This document shows positions 23,301 through 33,667 of a stretch of DNA of 60,000 nt, piece by piece; positions within the stretch are counted from its first letter, which is position 1, and the number at the start of each line of letters is the position of its first letter. The DNA comes from Lama glama. Taxonomy: Eukaryota. The notes beneath the pieces were generated by a model. That model was not told the origin of the DNA, made no database searches, and worked only from the letters and a program-made list of their open reading frames with translations. Both the position numbers and the translations under genes were made by a program. The stretch covers positions 1,986,001 through 2,046,000 of the forward strand of contig CM052817.1 in assembly GCA_028534125.1 (NCBI GenBank). The letters are read 5' to 3'.

Positions 23301-25029
23301 CCAGTGGGAAGTTCTGTGCTTGCCTGGGGGCGTGGCCTGTCCGGCAGCCCCTGTCCGTTCTTGGTCCCCTGTGGTTGTCACCAGGGTCTGACGGGCTCCC
23401 CTACTGCCCCCTCCAGACCCTATGAGTCAGTGCAGGCCCCTGGGAAGTCAGAGATAATGAGGGCCACAGGGCCACAGGCTCGGCTGCCCACTGCAAAACC
23501 ACGCGGTCACCTTTCCAGAGCCCTCGAGGCGTGTTCTCTGAACGTGTGTGTGTGTGTACGTGCACGTGTGAGTGTGTGTGTGCGTGTCGGAAGGTGAAGC
23601 TGGGGAGAGGGAGGGAGACCACCGCGTCCAGTTTGTCTGCCCTGGGCCTGACTGGGTCCCGCGTCTTAGCCTCTGGGCCACCAGCTCACGCCACACAGCG
23701 TTTTCACCTCAAGGCGGCTCAGGGTGGGAGCAAAGGTGACGTCCGGTGCTCGGAGGGCCTGGTTGGAAGGGCATCCCCGGCTCTGCTCTCCTGAAAGGCG
23801 GGGCTCTGCCAAGGAAAGTGCTCTGAGGCCCCTCCAGGCAGGCACCACAGGACCCCGGGGAGCCCGGGGCCGAGGACAAAGGACTTGGGGCTGGAAGGAG
23901 CTGGAAGGAGAGGGTTTCTGTGTCCTTGACCCCCTTCCAGGGAAGGGCACCTGCTGGTGCCCTGCGCCTCTTCCTCAGTCCTGGTTCCTCCACGCAGCCA
24001 CCCCTCTGTCCCCAAGCCAGGCCGCAGGTCCCTCCTCCTGGCTGGCCCATCACAGCCTCCAAGTCTCCAGTGTGCCAGGCTGGCGTCCCTGGTGCTCAGT
24101 GGTGGTGCAAGCGTGGCCGTAGTGGCCTCTGCTCCTTCCTGCCCCTGCTTCCACACATGCCGTGCAGGGATCTCTGGAGAGAAGCTGCCTGAGGAGGCTT
24201 CAGCCAGCGCCGCGTCTGGTCTGTGAGTGCCACCTCAGACCATTTCTGTAGCAGACCCGGCCGCATGCCCAGGGGCAGAGTCTCTGCGCTGGACACTCTG
24301 GAGGGCTGCGTCCATGCTGCCCCGTGGAAAGTCGAGTGAGGTGGGCTCAGCATTCCAGCTGGCGACCCCAAACTGGAGGCCGCCATCCCTGCCCACCGGC
24401 CCTGGGGCTGCACCCACAGTCATGGACAAAATACTCCCTGAGGTCCGCTCTGGCCTCACCTTCTAGGAGGGAGGGGAGGTCCTGGAGCGGCTCATTTGGG
24501 ACCCCGGGCATCGCTGCTGAGAGATTTGGACAATGAAGCACTTCGGGGTGAGCAGTTTAGCCCGCATCTCCAGAAAGCCTGTGGCTAGCTTTGCAGTGAC
24601 ACCTAGGTTCTGGAAACAGCTTTCGTTTTCTTTCCTTCTTCCTTTTGTAAACCAGGACCCGCTGCGGTTCCCTCACTTGCAGGTTGTGTCAGGTGTCAGC
24701 AGGCAGACAGGGCAGAGGTAGAACAGAGCTGGGTGCCTCGAGACGGCTCCCAGGATGCGGCGGGTTCCAGGGCTGGCGCCGTGCACACGCGTGCACACGG
24801 GGGCTGAGAGTGGAGCCGTCAGCAGCTGTGATGAAGGCTGCGGACGGCACCCCGCTGCTGAAGGCCGGGTCTTTGCAGCTGCTTGCTGGCTGAGAAATCG
24901 CCCCTCCCAGCTGAAGTCTTACTCTTCTGATTTTTAGAGGAAATGCTTTAAAAATGATCTCACAGCGTGGTTTATGTAAACGGCTTTTCTTTTTTTTTTT
25001 TGTCTGAGACAATTGAGATAGAGTCTGAA

Positions 25030-25207
25030 TCCTTGGCAAACCACAGCTTCCTGCAGTGTCCTGTTGCCATGGGTTACGAAGGGAGAGGACTGGAACTTCA
25101 TCCGAAATGTCTTTAAACTTTCTGACGTGCACAGGCGCGCGGCGGGGCTAGGTGGTGCATTTCAGAGCTGCGTGCCGGGTGCCGGTCGGACGTTCTCCAG
25201 TCTTAAG
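25030..25207 (+). promoter_or_regulatory. Putative internal RGS12 promoter / 5' UTR
   Basis: Immediately upstream of the alternative first exon. CpG cluster (ggcgcgcggcgggg), X-box-like GTTGCCATGGGTTAC 25063-25077, TGACGT 25123-25128, AACCACA 25039-25045. TSS not determinable from sequence. Confidence 0.55.
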
Positions 25208-25261
25208 ATGGATTTGGAAGAGGGGTTGCCAAAGGAAACCCCCGTTTTAAACAGTCAGCAG
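25208..25261 (+). CDS. RGS12: RGS12 internal alternative first coding exon (short isoform lacking PDZ/PTB), MDLEEGLPKETPVLNSQQ
   Basis: ATG in strong Kozak context (aagATGg), 18 codons ending CAG|GTAAGT (consensus donor at 25262), phase 0 matching the 33646 exon. Same length and similar sequence to the recalled N-terminus of the short human RGS12 isoform (MNLGKELSNETHVSNDQQ). Confidence 0.85.
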
Positions 25262-25807
25262 GTAAGTCACTCCAGATGTCTCTTTTCACTTAAACAGAAT
25301 TGTTGTAAGGAAACTTGGCATCTTGGTTTCTGCTTTACCTTCAGCCTGTTTAGTGAATGGTAGCTTTTAGGTGTAAACTTGGAAAACATTTATCTTATGC
25401 CTGCATCCTGGAGCCTGAAGTGAGTCCCGCAGAGGGAGAAGCCGGCTCTGCGGCCACAGATCAGCACCCGGAGCGAGGCTGGTGGCAGCCGGTCCAGTCC
25501 AGCCTCTGGGTGAGGGGGAAGCTGCCTGCATCCTCTGTCAGCCTTACAGGAAGCATCGGTGTTTTTCTGGTCCTTACCAGAGTAATTCAAACAGATTTTC
25601 AGGATGAGTGAATTAATTTTGTTGACAGATTAAGTTTCAGCTGCATGAATGTATTAAAATGCACCATGTTCTTTAAATGACTACTTTCTAGCATTTTTTA
25701 CTGTGATGAGATGGCTGTGGCTCACATACATACATGGGGACCACTGGTCATCATGCCGAGTGATTGATCAATATCTGAGCTTATAAAGGTGAACTTACTA
25801 GAAAATG

Positions 25808-25913
25808 TTTTTTAATTAATTTATTTTTATTTATTTTAAAAATTTTGTTGGGGGGTAATTACGTTCATTTATTATTTTTTTAATGGAGGTACTGGGGATT
25901 GCATCCAGGACCT
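25808..25913 (-). mobile_element. 3' half of a tRNA-derived SINE, minus strand
   Basis: tggaggtactggggattgcatccaggacct preceded by a T-rich tail is the reverse complement of the neighbouring SINE's B-box/3' part. Confidence 0.8.
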
Positions 25914-25948
25914 CCCCACCAAAGTGTTTTTTTTTAAGGTGTGAGACT

Positions 25949-26085
25949 GGGGAGGAGGGTACAGCTCAGTGGTAGAGTGCCTGCCTAACACACACAAGGT
26001 CCTGGTTTCAATCCCCAGTACCTCCACAAATAAATGAATAAACCTAACTACTTCCCCCCCAAAAGTTTTTTAAAAAGTAAAATAA
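25949..26085 (+). mobile_element. tRNA-derived SINE (camelid-type)
   Basis: A-box AGCTCAGTGGTAGAG, B-box-like GGTTTCAATCCCC, A-rich tail, TSD AAGGTGTGAGACT (25936-25948) / AAGGTGCGAGATT (26086-26098). Confidence 0.9.
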
Positions 26086-29000
26086 AAGGTGCGAGATTAA
26101 ATAAAGAATAATTTTTACTTTCCTTTTGTGACTATGTTGTGTTGATGCAAAAGTAAAGATGAATTTAAATTATTAACAGAAATTTGTCACTAATTGCTGG
26201 GTACCAATCTTAAATTCATTCTGTTGTGAGAGTTGTTTCATCTTAATATGTTCTCCCAATATCTAACTAGAACCTTCTGTGGAGAATTGCAGGAGCGACT
26301 ACACGCTCAGAAGTGACTGGTTTGGATGTTGGATTTAGGAAAATGACTGCATCGTTCCTCTCACACAGAAGACAGGAATAGATCTGCTGGGCGGAAGTAG
26401 GTCTGCTGGACAGGGCAAGAATTACGCTTAGGGAATAAGCACAGACTTCAGGATTAGAAACATTTAGGATGTATTTTGAAACCCCTTGTACTAATAAAGC
26501 CAGCGGGAGAGGGCGGGGCACGACTTTGATGTTTACAGGCGTGCTGGCCGTGTGCCTGCCTCTGGCTGTCTCTGTGCAGGGGCACTGGATTGCAGTCCAC
26601 GTCCTGGTGGACAAGTGACCTTTGGATATGTTGTGTCCTCAGTGGACCAGTTAACCAGTTAGTGTTTTGTACATACATGTAGGCTGCATTTTCATGTCCA
26701 TAGTCTGCAAAAGCAAGTTTTTAAAAATTTTGTTTTTGCTTTTGAGTGAAAAAAAGTCACTAAAAATCTGCCTTTGTATTTGCCTATATAAATATTTTTG
26801 AAATTTTGCAGATTCTCAGCCCAGCAACTAACTTGTTCGTGTGAATGTGTTGAAAATAGCTGGTTAGTACGGTCGTGTTTTAAGCAGCAGAGAACGAGCT
26901 GCCAAGTCGTGGGGCAGCGGAGTCCTGTGGCTCCAGTGGCTCCACGTGGGCCCGTGGAAGAGGGGCAGAAAGTGCCGTGGCTTCCAGCTCAGTCCCTGCG
27001 AGGGGCCGGCCCTGTGGTGGGAGTTCCCATGGGGAAGGGCAGTAGGACTGGGGGACGGGTGTTGGAAGGCTGCCCCCTCCCCCTGCGAGGTCTGTCTGTG
27101 CTCATAAGTAGACAGTCTCCCCCTCTGAACCTCAGATTGTTTGTCTTTAAAGTGGAGGTGTCACAAGAAAGCCGGGGCTCAGTCCACAGGATGGATGTGC
27201 TCAGGGAAGGCCGTGGCCTGTGAGAGGCTCCCTACTGCTGGCAGCTCCTTTGGTCTCGGGGTGGAGGACTCGTCAGCCTTTACTGGAGCCGCCTCCCATC
27301 TACAAAGCACAGAGGGAGCTGATGGGTGCTGACCCGGAAAGAGTGAGGCTCCCACTGGCCAGATGAGCCCCTCAGTTTCCCCGTCTTTTAACAGTGGACC
27401 CAGCGCCGCAGACGCAGGTGTGTGCCTCTGTGCAGAGCAGAGCCGCCTGTGGTCCTGAGCTGCCTCACCACGGGCTGTTACAGCTGGCATGCTGGTGAGA
27501 CCGCGGTCGAGCAGCCACGAGAAGTCCTCATGGGGAGACAGCTCGGTGAGCCTCCTGACCTCGGACCAGCGCTCAGCACCCCTGCCGCGTCCGACCGGCC
27601 TCGCCGGCAGTGGGGGGCACGGCCTGGGGCTCAGCAGCCAGGCCTCCGGTCTCCGTGGCAGCCCCGGAGGGCTGTGGCCAAGCGCACGGTGTCCAGCGGG
27701 GCCGTTCCCGCTGGGCAGAGTGCAGGGCCATAGAGGCTAGAGAGCCCATGTCCCTGTGGTCACAGGCCAGTTCTACACCCTCCTCTAGGGCCCAGGGCCC
27801 CTCACGGATCTCGCCTGACCTGACTATGCGTCCCCGCTCTGCTCTCACTGGGCCAGACCCACAGTCAGGGTCCACCACGCCCAGTGACCTGGGCGGAGGT
27901 GGCTGCTCAGGGAGGTTAGTCACCCCGTGGGTCTGGACGTGAGCACAGTATTCTGCTGTGTTGCACACGTGGGGGCTCGTGTGTCCAGCAGTCTTTGGAT
28001 GATCTGGAAGCATGTCCAGTGTAACGGGTTTGCGTGGACTCCTCTCCGCCCAGGCAGTCGGTCCCCTTCCTGCTGCTAGAGAACCAGCGAGAAGGGTTGC
28101 CCGATACCAAGTGGCTTAACTCTTCCTGCACTGGGCTGTTTGTGGGATCTGAAAATAAAAGGTTGCATTGTAAAAACGGTAAAACAGTCTTCTCTGGGCA
28201 GTGCGCTGAGCAGAGGGGCGTTAGGGCAGCGGCGGTCTCTGGCGGGCAGGCTGGCACGGTCCAGGTGGGGCTGTGCGGTGGGCATCGGCACGGATCCCAG
28301 GGGAAAGCCTTGCGGCTCAAGGAGGTCAGCCCTGGTGTCCAAGAGGGAAGGGCTCCGTGTTTGTGGTGGGGAAGTGAGAGCTCAAAGGGGAAGGTGCGGG
28401 GTGGGCAGGAGGGGTCGGCCACTGCTTCCCGCTCCACATCACCCACACCGGGACCCCTGGTCCTCCCCTGGCCAGGTCCGCCCAGGGTGGCGTGGGCAGG
28501 AGGGGCCATCTGAGCACAGGGCTCAGCTCCAGGAGGGGAGCCTGGGCCGGCTGGGAGCCAGGCATGCCTGTCCGTGGGCTGGCTGCCGAAGGGGCTTTGC
28601 CTGCCGTCTCTGAACCTCTCAGGATGAGCTTGACGGCTGTCAGGGGTCCTTCCCCTTGACTGAGTCTCTCTTTCTGGCTCAGGTGAGCTGCCTTGTGCTC
28701 ACTGACCTGCTCTGGCCTCTCCTGTGCCCACTCCTGGAAGGTCCTGACTGGAGCAGGCAGCACCATCCCAGTCAGGCCACCTACCTGCCCCGGCTAGACT
28801 GGGCTGGGGGGGGGTTCAGTCAGGCAGGGACCCTTTGTGTTCATCCCTCCGGCTCTGCGGCTGCACAGATTCTTTTCTCACTTTTTAACGCTCTGATTCT
28901 TGTTACCTATCTAAGAAGAAGGCCTCCTAATCTATCTGAGGGAAACGGTCATCAAATTTCTGTTTTCACATCTTCCGCTTTTTTTCCTGAAGAGGTTGAT

Positions 29001-32000
29001 CACTGTGAACTGGGTTTTCCCTGCATCCTTCTCTTGAAGTTGTGTCCTGTCCCCTCTTCCTCTCCTTCCCCTGCGAGGCTGTATGCAGCCCCTTTCTCCC
29101 GGGTCCTCCTCTGACAGGAGTGGACGCTGGGCCCCTCTCAGCTGTGGTCCTGCGCGTGGGGGCAGGGGTGGGGAGGCTTGTCTCCTGAACCAGCACCCTC
29201 TGACCAGCTCCCCTCCTCTGGGCCCTTCCCAGCTGCCACTCAGAGGCTGCCGTCCTCGACCTGCCTCTGCAGACCTGGAAATTTGTCCCTGTGGACATGC
29301 AGGAGGCCCAGGGAGCGCCTGCACCTGCTCCTGCCTGGTCTCCCCAACCCCAGGCTCGGCGCCAGCCTCCAAGCCCCTGAATGCGACCCTCCGAGCCCCT
29401 CCAGGTCTGCCTGACAGTGACCCTTCCTTGCCCGCCATCAGCCCTCCTCCCACACCCCTGTCTCCAGCAACAGCCCGAGGGGACTTGGTGCTCAGCAAAA
29501 CTGGTTGAACAAGTGGAAGCCATCCCAGGATTTGCCCGCACCCTGCTGACCTTCAGGGCACGGCTGCACCCCACATCCCGCACCCACAACCACCTGAACC
29601 CGGGCTCTGCCTGCCTGGGAAGCATACGGCTCTGGCCCAGGCTCGACTCCATCTCAGCCTTTATAAGAAAACATTTCCTGGGGTGGGGCTTCAGCTTCAG
29701 AGGAGCGCGGGGCTGGGGCCCTGGTCTGAGCGAGCTCTGCTTACCCAGAAGGAGCTCCCGGCGCGCCTCCGTCCGAGAACTACACAGTGCCGCTCCCTGC
29801 ACAGACCGTCCCGGGAAGGCCAGTGTTGGCGTTAGCTTGACTCGTCCTGTTGGGGTGCTGAGTTGGGAAGGTTCCAGAGCCCTGGACCTCCCGCCCTGTC
29901 TCCGCGGTGGGGGCTCTTGTCTTTCTCAAGCTGGGTGGGCCAGTGAGGAGCGGGATTCTCAGTCTGGACTTCAGTGGTAGGGTCTGAGGAGTCTTGTGTA
30001 AAGTCGGATGTTTGCGTTGAACCCCGTGTCAGTGTGGCGCTTGGGCCCCACATCTGTGTTACTTCGGACTTTTACAAGCGTTTGCAGTGAATTATCTTAG
30101 GCGTGTCCAAGGGCATGGCAGAAATATTAGCTGCCATTATGGGATCTCGGCTTCTTCTGATTTTATTGAAGTTGAAGAGCTCTTTGGGACACACACACTT
30201 TGAAAGGAGACACACAGATTCCCCTCAGTGCCCCATCCCATGCCCTCTCCCTCTGCAGGAGCCTCTGGGGGCTTCGCGGTGGCCGCCCTGCCCTCCGTCC
30301 CTGGCCTAGGCCTGTGTCTCTGGGTGGCACTGAACACACCCGGGGTGCCTTCGTTCTGTTGTCGTCACTGACTTGGGACCACAGAAATTCTCTGCTGTGA
30401 ACATCACGGTTTGAACCTAGAAATCAGTGCCTTTTCCTTGCCTCCACGTGAGCCTTACGTCCAGTTGTCTCTTTGGTTGAAACTGCTGGAAAGAGTGGGG
30501 TGGTGTGCGTGTGTGTGCACGGTGTTGTGCAGCTGTGGACCCTGTGGGGGATGGGCTGCAGGGCACTGTCCCTTTTCCTCAGGCCGTGCGGTCCAAACAG
30601 ATATCCTGCTGGGAACTGAACTCTCCGGCTGGAGAGGCAGACCCGAGGAATGGGGACTGTTCGACCTTAAATAGCACATCCAGAGCACTTGGCGTGTTCT
30701 CGTGAGACAGACGTGCTTACGCTGATGTGAACTCTAGTCTTGGAGACGTCGTACAGACCTCTTCAGCGCTGCTCATTATGGTGTATGTTTAAATCGTAAG
30801 CATAGAAAACGCTCTCTTTCTGGGACCTTTTTTCATGGGCAGCTTGTCTTTTGCGGGTCTAATTTTTGTAAGTATAGCATGTCCACATGAGAATTTGGGA
30901 AGAACTGACGAAGTCCGAGCTAATGAAAACCCATTATTCATACAAATTACACTGGGTTTCAGAACAAACACGAGGAGTGTCGAGTTTTAATTCGTAAAAG
31001 CGTATAGTGGTCTAAGCAAGAAGTCTGGGAGACTTGGAGTCACACTGAGCTGCAGTCAGTCCTGCTTGCCTTTTGTGGGGGGTGTGCTTTCGGAATTCTC
31101 TATGGGAGTTTCTGAAGTTTTGCCTTTTTGGACTTCCCCCATCAGCCAGGATGTGCTCAAAAAAAGAAAGGCAAACTGGGTGTAAGAGTAACTCGGTCAG
31201 ACACTGGACGCATCAGCCCCGAGGCCGGGAGAGATGACCTGGGGGCTGCCTGCCTCCCCCCGCCTGCCGCCAGCAGGCTGCTCGCCTGCACCCCCGGCCA
31301 CCCCGACGCCCGGTGCCGGCCACCCTCCCCCGAGGCGGCACCTGTCACTGCGGTGCGCTGACAGCTTCACCTCCCCTTAGAAAGAGTCCGCTGTGATGTG
31401 TTTCTAGGCCTGCTTCCGGGCCCCTCTCACAAGGGCTGAGGACCCGGAGGGCCCTGTGCCTGCGCCTGCTACCAGCTCTGTCTCTCCCAGGTGTGCGTGC
31501 AGATAAATTGAACAAACGTTAGCCGGTAAACAGAAGAATTATGTTACTGGGAACTTATTTGCAGACTAAGTAGTCTGGTTGAGAAGTCATCGCCTATTTC
31601 TCCAAAAGTGTGTAAACTCGGAGGAGGACCGTGGTTTATGTCCGGGTGACATTAAAGCGTGTCTCCGTGGAACTGTACTTTCAGACTGACGTCTGGTGGG
31701 GATAGAGATGGTTGCCGGGACAACAGGTCGTGAGCCGAGGTGGGAGACCACGAGCCAGGGCAGATTTTCTTCCCATCATCTCAAGGGAATAATGTGCCTT
31801 TGATATTATTTAGTTTATACCACGATTGGCGGTGATGTATTGTGAGCGTGGGAAGGACAGCTTTCCCAGAGCATTTGTCAGCCTGGGGAGGAGACCCACT
31901 CCGCTTCTGAAGGGAAAACCGGACCCTCAGTGGGCGAGGGCTGATGGCTGTGTTGGCTCACAGGCTCTGCTCTTTGCCTGCCTGTCTGGCAAGACAACAG

Positions 32001-32454
32001 TTTAAAAGCTGGAAACACAACAGCATATGATTTTACATGGAAAAATGTATTGGTAAGGTGCCGAGTTCCTGTGCCAGAGTGTTTCTCACCTGGGACTCAG
32101 GATGCTTTGATGCCATGACATGCCCTGTTCTTGTTGTCCGAGGACGGGAGGCTCTCTGGTCTTGCAGGTGTAAGTCCCACGAGGTGAGGGGCTGAGACCA
32201 GGTCTTCTCGAAATGGGAGAAGGCTGGGAAACAGGGTTTGGGGGCTCTGCTGCTGGCGATGGGAAGGCCAAGCAGTGAGCCGGGGTTGCATTTGACATGG
32301 GCGGCTCTTCTCAGAATCCAGACCACAGGCATGTGCTTCACTCCCCCGTGGTGGGCGTGGTGGGGGCGTTAACTGCAGGCCGGCTAACCCGGGGTGCCTC
32401 TGGGCCTTGCTGGTTTGGCTTTTAGCCTCAGGGGTCTTAAAACATGACCTCTTA

Positions 32455-32560
32455 GAAAAAATTGTGTGTGTGTGTGTGTGTGTGTGTGTAACTGAATCAC
32501 TGCTGTGCACCTGAAGCTAACATTGTGAACAACTGCACTTCAATCCAAAGTTAAAAAAAA
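32455..32560 (+). mobile_element. Short L1 3'-terminal fragment containing a (TG)n microsatellite (32463-32489)
   Basis: taactgaatcactgctgtgcacctgaagctaacattgtgaacaactgcacttcaat plus A tail; flanking AAAACA(G)TGACCTC repeats resemble a TSD. Confidence 0.75.
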
Positions 32561-33645
32561 CAGTGACCTCCACTTGCTGGGGAGGCCCGGGATTTGGGAA
32601 GGTGCTCCCCGTTCGCTCCCCTCTGTCGGCCAAGCCTCCCGCATGCCCTGGGACCCCATCTCCCCTCCGTCTGCAGAGGAAGGCGTGCGAGGCCTGGGGG
32701 GATGGGCCCGGGGAGACTGCAGCCCCTCTGCGGCCGCTGGGCAGCGATGGAGGGTGGCCAGTTACCCGGCCCCCTTCCCACGGGCCAGGCTTCTTGGTGT
32801 CTGTGCCGCTGACACCCTGCCTTCCTCCACCCGGCTTCTTCCCCGTCCCGACCTCTCAGGAGCCCCTCCCTCCCTCCCTGTCTTGTCTCTCCCTGGGGGT
32901 GACCTTCCAAAGCCTCAGAGCTGTCCCACCTGCACGTGTGTCCCCAGGTGGTCTTGCTCAGATGTCCCCTCTGTGAGTTGCTCAGAGCTCAGTGACTGAG
33001 TGCCTGTCGCCCTGGGACCTCCCTCCACCGCCGCCCCCCCTCTGGTCGGGACCTGCCCTCCTGCGCGGTGCCTGGGTTCTCGTTCCTAGGCCTTTGATCA
33101 GCACCCCTTCTCTCCTGAGTCTCCCACCTCTTCCAGCCCCTGCTTGGAGCTCCCCCCACGCCTGCCTGCTCGGGGCTGTTCCCGCTCCACCTGGTGAGGC
33201 CCGGGTGGGCTGTGGGCCACCCCTGCTCTGCCACCACTGGGGGCTGTATTGTATCCCCACTCTGGCGGGCCTGGGCCCCGGGCGCGGGTGCTGATGGGCC
33301 GGCTGGACTGCGGGCGGGGGCCCTGCCCCTTTGGCCCGGGGCCGGTTAGACTGACATCCATAAGGCTGTTGCACCGAGGTTGTTAGTAAGCCCGGCTGTC
33401 GGACATGCTGGGGTTTGCTCGGTGAAGACGGGCACCTCCGCCCTCCTGGGCCCCGGCTCTGCTGGGCGGAGCTCACTCCGGAACTGGAAGTGACTCTGGA
33501 CTCGGAGAGGTGGCAGCTCTCCCGGGACACTGCCCGCGAGCCTCAGACCCTCCGGAGTCCCTGGGTTTGCTCCTCATGTGCACGTGCTGTTTCCTGACCT
33601 GTCATGAGGCCTCATTAACTCATGTCTCTCTCTCTTTTCTTTCAG

Positions 33646-33667
33646 TCTGCAACTGTGTCTGATGGTG
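33646..33667 (+). CDS. RGS12: RGS12 22-nt micro-exon, SATVSDG(E)
   Basis: Long polypyrimidine tract tctctctctcttttctttcag, branch-like TTAAC at 33615-33619, TCT GCA ACT GTG TCT GAT GGT G then GTAAGT. Matches RGS12 ...SATVSDGEL...; phase 0 to 1 joins in frame to 57707. Confidence 0.93.

Noticed and set aside
25949..26030. tRNA-like A/B boxes (also 49160-49220)
   Set aside because: No cloverleaf; the A-rich tails (and a TSD at the first copy) show they are SINEs.
27992..28009. SLDDLE peptide matching the end of the preceding long-isoform RGS12 exon
   Set aside because: Upstream codons (RGGSCVQQ) do not match the expected RSKRFSITR, and there is no GT donor. Coincidence; that exon was not found in the window.
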